A stretch of DNA of 64,000 nucleotides from a virus, in IMG/VR virus record IMGVR_UViG_3300020595_003017, positions 126,529 to 190,528 of that record. One strand, 5' to 3'. Below, in pieces: positions 57,251 to 63,554 of this stretch (positions are counted from its first letter, which is position 1; every line of letters begins with the position of its first letter). The position numbers and the translations under genes were made by a program. Under the pieces are notes generated by a model. It made no database searches, was not told the origin of the DNA, and saw nothing but the letters and a program-made list of their open reading frames with translations.

Positions 57251-57723
57251 AAAAACTATTAACAGAGTGGCGAAAGTATTTGAAGGAAGAGGAAAGCCTT
57301 GATCCTGAACTATACGGAAACTGTGGAACACTAGCAGTCGCTCTTTTACAAGAGGCAATCAGCCGTGGGATAAAAGGCACGGAAGTTGTCCTCGTAGTGG
57401 ACTCAGACCCAGAGTTAGATTCAGGTAACCCCTCGGAAGAATTTGATATTTATCATACAGCCATTTATCGTAATGGAAAATATTATGATACTCGTGGGGA
57501 AATTTCACGAGAAGATGTTGGTTCTGTGGCTCCACTGGGATTGACTACTGACCCATCGGAAAAACCCAAGGAAGGCAGAGACTACCTAGTGTTTAGTTAT
57601 ATGATTGATGACCCTGATAGTTTGGCCTACATCAAAGAGGTTATAGACAACAATACCAACTGGACTAACACCTGTGAGTTCTATGGCGACCGAGCCACAA
57701 AATTTTGGGACACAGTAGGATGA
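57247..57723 (+). CDS. Class-II-leader protein with a possible Cys-His-Asp (papain/transglutaminase-like) triad
   Basis: MKKLLTEWRKYLKEE; GNCGTLAVAL...YHTAIYRNGKYYDTRG. Confidence 0.55.
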   Translation: MKKLLTEWRKYLKEEESLDPELYGNCGTLAVALLQEAISRGIKGTEVVLVVDSDPELDSGNPSEEFDIYHTAIYRNGKYYDTRGEISREDVGSVAPLGLTTDPSEKPKEGRDYLVFSYMIDDPDSLAYIKEVIDNNTNWTNTCEFYGDRATKFWDTVG

Positions 57724-58382
57724 AGCAACTACTAACAGAGTGGCGGAAGTTTGTTCTGACTGAAGGAATGAAGACGGCAGCCAAACTACCTCAAGGCTCG
57801 GCAATTGCTATGATGTCCAGGGGCACAAACCCTATGTTTGTTTATACTTATGGCGGCAAGCCCCTGTATGACGAGCCCAACCCTCGCTTCAATCCTGGCG
57901 TCCCAGAAGGGGCACCTTGGGGAGAGGTTCTGATAGGGAAACTAAAACCAAATAGTCAGGGTGATTGTTCTGATGCTTACGGCGTTGACCATTCTGAAGC
58001 CAAGCGTGGCTGGGGTCCGTTGCTTTACGATGTAGCGATGGAATGGGCAAGCCAGAACGGCGGCGGTCTTACTTCTGATAGGGGCAGCGTATCTCAGAAA
58101 GCATACAGGGTATGGAAGCATTACTTAAACAGCCGACCAGATGTTGAGTCAGCACAACTAGACATTAGAAACAAAGGTTATGAGAAAGTTACTCCTGACG
58201 ATGAAAGCGATGACTGCGAGCAAGCCATCTCTATACAGTGGTCTAGATATTATAGAACTAGTAACGAATTTGGATGGTCAGCCGAACCCACAGCCTACCT
58301 GTATAGAGTAAGCGGAACTCCGACGACGGATGCGTTAAGAGCATCAGGACAATTTTTGGAATTAGGGGATCGCTCGCCGTGA
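57720..58382 (+). CDS. Class-II-leader protein with a divergent GNAT-like domain
   Basis: MKQLLTEWRKFVLTE (start re-called from 57705); VDHSEAKRGWGPLLYDVAMEWA...LTSD..VSQKAYRVWKHY. Confidence 0.55.
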   Translation: MKQLLTEWRKFVLTEGMKTAAKLPQGSAIAMMSRGTNPMFVYTYGGKPLYDEPNPRFNPGVPEGAPWGEVLIGKLKPNSQGDCSDAYGVDHSEAKRGWGPLLYDVAMEWASQNGGGLTSDRGSVSQKAYRVWKHYLNSRPDVESAQLDIRNKGYEKVTPDDESDDCEQAISIQWSRYYRTSNEFGWSAEPTAYLYRVSGTPTTDALRASGQFLELGDRSP

Positions 58383-58978
58383 AAAAATTAATGACAGAGT
58401 GGCGAAAATTTAGACACATTGAAAAAGTAAACGAAAAGGTTTACAAGCAGTACGCCTCTCGTTTGAGCGAAGAATTTCAAGAGGCTTTCTGGAACTTATC
58501 GGAAGACCAAAAAGTATTTGTGGTTGAAGACTGGATAAGCCAAGGACGCCCAGCCCAACATTTAACTGAAGAAAAGATGGCAGACCTTGACGCCGAACAA
58601 GCATATAGCACAAAAGTTCGTGGTGTCAATGTTATTATTAATTTAAAAGATACTGATCTTGAAGCAACCAAACACAGCAAGGAGCGTCAGTTCCGCCACG
58701 ACGAAAAGATTTCCAACAAAGCAATCATCCAGGCAGTTGAAATGGCCATCGGCAAGATTATTCAGGACTATGCGAACGGCGAACTAGGTAATGACGAACC
58801 CTTTCATATTCGCATGGTAGGTAAAGGAAAAGTCCCAGCACTTAATGTCATAGCGGTATTAAACATGCAGAGAGGTCCTGATACAATAAAGGTGATCACA
58901 GTCATGAGAAAAGACGATTTCCAAACTGATGATTTTGCCGACGGACAACAAAAAACTTACACAGTACAAACAAGATAA
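58379..58978 (+). CDS. Class-II-leader protein with a possible RelE/DUF4258-like ribonuclease domain
   Basis: GTG start, MKKLMTEWRKF; ATKHSKERQFRH...IKVITVMRK (H..ER...R and terminal vITv..K pattern). Confidence 0.5.
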   Translation: MKKLMTEWRKFRHIEKVNEKVYKQYASRLSEEFQEAFWNLSEDQKVFVVEDWISQGRPAQHLTEEKMADLDAEQAYSTKVRGVNVIINLKDTDLEATKHSKERQFRHDEKISNKAIIQAVEMAIGKIIQDYANGELGNDEPFHIRMVGKGKVPALNVIAVLNMQRGPDTIKVITVMRKDDFQTDDFADGQQKTYTVQTR

Positions 58979-58991
58979 GAGAGATATATTT

Positions 58992-59363
58992 ATGGCTACT
59001 ATGATTACAGAAGATTGTATTAATTGCGGTGCTTGTGAGCCCGAGTGCCCTAATCAGGCAATTATGGAAGGCAATGAAAAGTATGTGATTAATCCTAATC
59101 TTTGCACAGAGTGTGTTGGTTTTTATGGTTATGAGATGTGCCAAGACGTTTGTCCTGTCGTGTGTTGTATACCTAATCAGCTTCTTCGTGAGTCTGAGGA
59201 AACACTTTATGAGCGTGCTGTTAAGCTACACGGGGATGACTCATTACCACCTAAAGAGGAACTAAGCCCAGAAACCAGTCGCTTTCGAAATCCTGATTGG
59301 GAAAATGAAATTAGTGATTTTGCAGAACCAGCAGAAGATTACACTGAGTATTGGGAAGACTAA
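58992..59363 (+). CDS. yfhL: YfhL-family 2x[4Fe-4S] ferredoxin
   Basis: MATMITEDCINCGACEPECPN...CTECVGF...CQDVCPVVCC. Start re-called to 58992, right after TATTT. Confidence 0.85.
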   Translation: MATMITEDCINCGACEPECPNQAIMEGNEKYVINPNLCTECVGFYGYEMCQDVCPVVCCIPNQLLRESEETLYERAVKLHGDDSLPPKEELSPETSRFRNPDWENEISDFAEPAEDYTEYWED

Positions 59364-59377
59364 AACACCTTTCGCAA

Positions 59378-59386
59378 ACTATTTAC
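59378..59386 (+). promoter_or_regulatory. ACTATTTAC motif, candidate late promoter
   Basis: In the gap before the ATG at 59390. Confidence 0.4.
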
Positions 59387-59389
59387 TTT

Positions 59390-59896
59390 ATGAATAGGGA
59401 AAGGGACTTTTACAGAAAAATGCAAGAAGACGCTCGTAATTCTATGTACGAGCCTGAGATTATTGATGTCTCCCCTTCCGCCGAAACAACAAAACCCAAC
59501 TATATTACAGCAACCATATGGACTACAATTGTGGCCGTACTAGTGTGCGGTGTATTTTCAGGCTTTCTCCTCTACCTTTACAACGAGAGTAATGTAGAAG
59601 AAACTTTGTCTCGTGCTGTTAGTCAAGCCGTAATGAGCCTTGAGCAGACTATAGAACTCCAGAGTAAAGAGATATCTGCTTTGAAGGAAGAAAATAAAAA
59701 GATACACAATTACCTACAACTTTGGACCCCGCTTGACACTCAACGCTTACGACAGCAATATGAAGACAGGCACAAGCCACCAACAGCCGATGACTTATTT
59801 AATACAGGTCCAGACATTATTATCAGGGGACGTGCTTTACCTCCCCTTAGAAAACTTAGCCATGGGGAAAAACTATGCTTACCTTTCTTGGAATAA
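59390..59896 (+). CDS. Single-pass membrane protein with a coiled coil
   Basis: About 38 polar residues, TM helix ITATIWTTIVAVLVCGVFSGFLLYLY, then heptad-like SLEQTIELQSKEISALKEENKKI. Start re-called from 59351. Confidence 0.65.
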   Translation: MNRERDFYRKMQEDARNSMYEPEIIDVSPSAETTKPNYITATIWTTIVAVLVCGVFSGFLLYLYNESNVEETLSRAVSQAVMSLEQTIELQSKEISALKEENKKIHNYLQLWTPLDTQRLRQQYEDRHKPPTADDLFNTGPDIIIRGRALPPLRKLSHGEKLCLPFLE

Positions 59897-60678
59897 TTGT
59901 TTTAGTAATCTTTGTCCACGAATTGGGACATTATGCTGCTGCCCGTGCTTGTGGTGTAGCGGTTGATAGTTTCTCAATAGGCTTCGGCAAAGTCCTCCTT
60001 AAGAAGCAACTGTGGGGAACTGAGTGGCGTTTGTCGCTAATACCTTTCGGTGGCTACATCAAGCCTCGGGGAGAGAATGATTATAATAATGTAAAGAACG
60101 ACCCTCAATCATTCTGGGCAACATCCCCCTTGAAACGAGCCTTCATCGCTGTAATGGGTCCAGTCTTTAATTTATTGTTGCCCTGGCCATTATATTTTAT
60201 GCTCCTGGTAGGACAGCCTTATCCTGATATTGTTGTTCCTGACGGAGCACAGGCAGGACGAATTGGAGTAGTCGAGGCGGCTGTATATTCTGACAGGATT
60301 GCCCGCAAAATGTATAGCAGTATCTGGGATCAGGTGGTCCAGCCCAGAAAAGAACCTTTATCCATCAAGGAGGTGGGTGGACCTGTAGCTGTTTACGAGT
60401 TTACTGAGTCAGCAAGAAAACGTAGTGTTGAAACAGGAGACTGGGGATTTTTGATAGACTGGATAGCTTTCTTCTCTATCAATCTCGGCGTTATTAACTT
60501 ATTGCCAATTCCAGTGTTAGATGGTGGACATATTAGTATTTCTGTGGTAGAAGGCATAAGACGCAAAAAACTAGCCGTAAAGACAAGGAACGTACTAAAT
60601 ATTATTGGTGCGGTTCTAGTGCTCGGTATCTTTGTTTTAGCGATAACTTCTGATGTGCTACGCCTTACCGGCATCTAG
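59875..60678 (+). CDS. rseP: Site-2 intramembrane zinc protease (RseP/M50 family) lacking PDZ domains
   Basis: HELGH, FSIGFG, IPFGGYIK, GPVFN, GGPVAV, NLLPIPVLDGGH; 267 aa. Confidence 0.9.
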   Translation: MLTFLGIIVLVIFVHELGHYAAARACGVAVDSFSIGFGKVLLKKQLWGTEWRLSLIPFGGYIKPRGENDYNNVKNDPQSFWATSPLKRAFIAVMGPVFNLLLPWPLYFMLLVGQPYPDIVVPDGAQAGRIGVVEAAVYSDRIARKMYSSIWDQVVQPRKEPLSIKEVGGPVAVYEFTESARKRSVETGDWGFLIDWIAFFSINLGVINLLPIPVLDGGHISISVVEGIRRKKLAVKTRNVLNIIGAVLVLGIFVLAITSDVLRLTGI

Positions 60679-60680
60679 GA

Positions 60681-60690
60681 ACTATTTATA
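60681..60690 (+). promoter_or_regulatory. ACTATTTATA motif, candidate late promoter
   Basis: Directly after the rseP stop, 20 nt before the ATG at 60711. Confidence 0.45.
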
Positions 60691-60710
60691 TCAACCCAAG
60701 GGGACAAAAG

Positions 60711-60812
60711 ATGAAAAAAATACTTCATAAATTGGTTAATCTTTTTAATGATAAACACTGTTGCTGCTGTGGCACATGCTCTTGTTCTTGCTGTAAGGGA
60801 GAGTGTAAGTGA
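60711..60812 (+). CDS. 33-aa cysteine-rich (metallothionein-like) peptide; not in the supplied ORF track
   Basis: MKKILHKLVNLFNDKHCCCCGTCSCSCCKGECK; AAGGGGA RBS-like sequence upstream; its TGA overlaps the GTG of the next gene. Confidence 0.6.
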   Translation: MKKILHKLVNLFNDKHCCCCGTCSCSCCKGECK

Positions 60813-61330
60813 GAATTACCAAGTCCCAACTTATTCAACTAATCAAAGAAGAAGTAGATAAAGAATTTGAACAGGGTATTGTTCTTGAGTCGGATCTTCG
60901 TAGTTCCGAGCCGAATACGAATAGGCGAAGTGCGCACGGTGATAATAGATCCATCCTGATTCACAAAACAGATTTGCCTACCCTTATGACCACAAGGCAT
61001 TTGGTTTTTCCTGCTCCGAGCGAGGGAACTTATAAAGGTATTAGGGTTGCGCTTAAATTAGTAGAAGGTAAGGACACTATAAAAACGGTAGCTAAGGGAC
61101 GTAAGGACTTGAGGTACCTGTTTTTCGGGCCTATACCGAAGCCCACCAAGTTATCTAAGCCTATTAAATTCACTGTAGATGAAGCTATCTTTAGCACCGA
61201 GAACAACGACGTTGGTAAAATCACTTACGATCGAACTGGTTCTGGTGCTATACTTAAGGATAAACAAGGAAGACGCTACAAAGCTAGTCCTATGGTTTTT
61301 GAAGTGATATTCATCAAAGACGATTCTTAA
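60809..61330 (+). CDS. Class-I-leader hypothetical protein
   Basis: MRITKSQLIQLIKEEV leader; cargo not recognised. Confidence 0.65.
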   Translation: MRITKSQLIQLIKEEVDKEFEQGIVLESDLRSSEPNTNRRSAHGDNRSILIHKTDLPTLMTTRHLVFPAPSEGTYKGIRVALKLVEGKDTIKTVAKGRKDLRYLFFGPIPKPTKLSKPIKFTVDEAIFSTENNDVGKITYDRTGSGAILKDKQGRRYKASPMVFEVIFIKDDS

Positions 61331-61351
61331 GTTAATGGAGATTAAGACAAA

Positions 61352-62068
61352 ATGAAATTGACAGCATCTGATTTACGACAAATAATACAGGAAGTCACCC
61401 AAGGTGAGATGGAGTTTTCTGAACTGGAAGCTGCCCGTGAAGACTATTTGCAAGACAAAAACGACGAAACTCGCTACCAGTTCGGAAGAATGGTGGAAAA
61501 ACTTGTAGAACCTCTTATGGCTGAGATGGGACTTTTCTTTGAGGCTGAAGCCTTTTATAATCGAGGCGAGGTTGTCTTTACTAATAATAGAAATATAGAG
61601 GTGACCATTGATCCTGAAGGTATGCAAGGGGGTTACGATGTATACATTAATCCATTGTATGGAGCGGAGGACGATGTTTCGCCAACTGAAACAACAGTTA
61701 AAAGCATGAAGGGTGCAGCACAATTTGTGGCAGACTTTATGGACCTTGGACCAGAGCCTGCCGGCATGGTCGGCGAACCCGAAGCACAAACAGAATTACC
61801 TTTGGAAAATAAAATGAAAATCACTAAATCACAACTACAACAAGTTATTAGAGAGGCACTTGACGAAGAGATGGAAGACCGCATCTCCGGCAAAGATATG
61901 CTGGCTAAGTATGACGCAGAGGAAGGACTGGACGTAATGTCCGCCGAGGAAGCCATGGAAGAACTTGATAACATCTTGACAGATATCCGACAAACATCCA
62001 CGGACGCCCGTTCAGCCAAACAAGCATACCGAGCCGAAGATATGCTCAGAGTTATAACGAGGGGCTAA
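61352..62068 (+). CDS. Acidic protein with two class-I leaders (N-terminal and internal at 61814)
   Basis: MKLTASDLRQIIQE and in-frame MKITKSQLQQVIRE; GGAG RBS. Confidence 0.7.
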   Translation: MKLTASDLRQIIQEVTQGEMEFSELEAAREDYLQDKNDETRYQFGRMVEKLVEPLMAEMGLFFEAEAFYNRGEVVFTNNRNIEVTIDPEGMQGGYDVYINPLYGAEDDVSPTETTVKSMKGAAQFVADFMDLGPEPAGMVGEPEAQTELPLENKMKITKSQLQQVIREALDEEMEDRISGKDMLAKYDAEEGLDVMSAEEAMEELDNILTDIRQTSTDARSAKQAYRAEDMLRVITRG

Positions 62069-62072
62069 AAAA

Positions 62073-62489
62073 ATGAAAATTACAAAATCACAACTACAAC
62101 AAATCATCAAAGAAGAGATGAAAGCAGAACTTAGCGAAGATAAGTATGCCACCGAAGATGACCGCCCTTTGGGAACAAGCCGCTCTTTGATGAGCGATAA
62201 AGACGCAAGAAGAGTGTTGAAGATGGCAAAAATGCTGTCCGACATGATTACACCAGACCAGTCCATGCCCGCAGAAGCCAGAGCTTTGGCTTCGGACATC
62301 TATGGTATTCTGGAAAAGGGTGTGACTGGTGGCATTTCCGACGGACCAGAAGGAAGCGGACCATCAGCCGATATGGAAGATTACGAAAGTGATTACCGTG
62401 ACCCGCCCCGAAAGCCACTCAAAATGGACAAAGGACGCCGAGCCCCAAGCAAGGCAGAACTTGATAGGATGAAGGACTACGACATCTAA
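62073..62489 (+). CDS. Class-I-leader hypothetical protein
   Basis: MKITKSQLQQIIKEEM leader. Confidence 0.7.
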   Translation: MKITKSQLQQIIKEEMKAELSEDKYATEDDRPLGTSRSLMSDKDARRVLKMAKMLSDMITPDQSMPAEARALASDIYGILEKGVTGGISDGPEGSGPSADMEDYESDYRDPPRKPLKMDKGRRAPSKAELDRMKDYDI

Positions 62490-62490
62490 A

Positions 62491-62784
62491 ATGAAAATCA
62501 CTAAAGCCCAACTACGAAAGATTATCAAAGAAGAACTCCTCAGAGAGGCTAACGGTCCCTTTGGCGACGCTCGTGATGAACCAGTTGCTAGTAGTATCTA
62601 TGATGATCATGATGAATATATGGAGGAGCACGCATACGCACTTGGAAGTTCACTTTCAGCCAGCCCGCCGCTCGCCAGAGAAATCTCCGCTCTTTTAGCA
62701 GAGCAATATCCAAAATCCTCTGAGGCTGTCATGAAAGGGTTCAAAGTGGGCGAGGATAGACTTGCCGACCAATATGTTGATTAA
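62491..62784 (+). CDS. Class-I-leader hypothetical protein
   Basis: MKITKAQLRKIIKEELLRE leader. Confidence 0.7.
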   Translation: MKITKAQLRKIIKEELLREANGPFGDARDEPVASSIYDDHDEYMEEHAYALGSSLSASPPLAREISALLAEQYPKSSEAVMKGFKVGEDRLADQYVD

Positions 62785-62798
62785 TGTGAGAACATAAA

Positions 62799-63116
62799 AT
62801 GAAAATCACCAAATCCCAACTACGAAAGATAATCAAAGAGGAACTTCTCAAAGAAGCGTTACCTCCTCATTTACAAAAGCATTTTCGTAAGGATGGGTCT
62901 TCGGTCCATGGACCCGAAATCAAAGATGTCACTCCTGCTGGTTATGGACCAGAAGATGCGGGAATGGATAGTCAAGTAGCAGCGGACGACTTCAATCAAA
63001 TAAGTAGAAGACTTAGCAAATTGTATAGGCGTCTTGATGATATGGATCAGCAAGATGAGGTTATGGATATAAGAAAGCAACTCGTTGCTTTACGGAAAAG
63101 AGTGACGGGAGCATAA
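62799..63116 (+). CDS. Class-I-leader hypothetical protein
   Basis: MKITKSQLRKIIKEELLKE leader, then ALPPHLQKHF. Confidence 0.7.
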   Translation: MKITKSQLRKIIKEELLKEALPPHLQKHFRKDGSSVHGPEIKDVTPAGYGPEDAGMDSQVAADDFNQISRRLSKLYRRLDDMDQQDEVMDIRKQLVALRKRVTGA

Positions 63117-63117
63117 A

Positions 63118-63489
63118 GTGAAAATCACCAAAGCCCAACTCCGTGAAATGGTGAAGCAACAAATAGAAGAGCGTTGCCAAAAGGGCTACAAGACCCACGA
63201 AAAGCGGAAGACCAAAAAGATGTTCGGCAAGCAGTATAGAAACTGCGTCAAGGCAGAGGCTAATTTGAAAGAACGAGCCGCCATCCCTATGGAAGATATT
63301 GTGCGGGCAGAAGATATTATAAAAAAACATCTAGAAGAAATGTTTGACGAGATAGGCAGAGATGGCCTACCCGAACGATTCTCCCTTGATACTCTTGTGG
63401 AACCAATTATACAAAAGTATATTAGTGCTCGCCGAAGTGATAGGACTCCTCGCTTCAATAAAATGACTGGGCGAATGACTCGCCGCTAG
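63118..63489 (+). CDS. Class-I-leader hypothetical protein with a basic two-Cys module
   Basis: GTG start, MKITKAQLREMVKQQIEE, then RCQKGYKTH...KMFGKQYRNCVKAE. Confidence 0.7.
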   Translation: MKITKAQLREMVKQQIEERCQKGYKTHEKRKTKKMFGKQYRNCVKAEANLKERAAIPMEDIVRAEDIIKKHLEEMFDEIGRDGLPERFSLDTLVEPIIQKYISARRSDRTPRFNKMTGRMTRR

Positions 63490-63516
63490 ATTAGATTAAA
63501 CACCCTAAACATTACC

Positions 63517-63525
63517 TGATACAAT
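63517..63525 (+). promoter_or_regulatory. Putative extended -10 promoter element
   Basis: TGATACAAT (TGn-TACAAT) in the gap before the SbcD-like gene. Confidence 0.4.
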
Positions 63526-63554
63526 AAGGCACGCTTACAAAAGGAGTGCGCTTA
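63525..63554 (+). promoter_or_regulatory. Imperfect hairpin covering the RBS of the SbcD-like gene
   Basis: TAAG-GCAC-G-CTT-[ACAA]-AAG-GA-GTGC-G-CTTA; the 3' arm contains AAGGAG and ends at the A of the ATG. Confidence 0.4.

Larger units (their letters stand above)
55445..58410 (+). repeat. Dispersed repeat: class-II leader coding sequence, 6 copies
   Basis: Leader starts at 55445, 55911, 56738, 57247, 57720 and 58379; core ACAGAGTGG in five of them. Confidence 0.85.
60809..63170 (+). repeat. Dispersed repeat: class-I leader coding sequence, 7 copies in this span
   Basis: Leader starts at 60809, 61352, 61814, 62073, 62491, 62799 and 63118; consensus (T)AAA-ATGAAAAT(C/T)AC...CAACT. Confidence 0.85.

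Noticed and set aside
55445-63170. Regularly recurring short repeats as a CRISPR array or integron attC sites
   Set aside because: The repeats are degenerate, in-frame coding sequence at gene starts, spaced 300-830 nt apart and not palindromic. No cas or integrase gene is in the window.
53374-63489. Leaders as RiPP leader peptides or Sec/Tat signal peptides
   Set aside because: No hydrophobic h-region or twin-arginine motif, cargos are mostly folded domains rather than short cores, and no RiPP maturase or transporter is adjacent. The L/I-x-E ending fits prohead-protease processing better, though that too is unproven.
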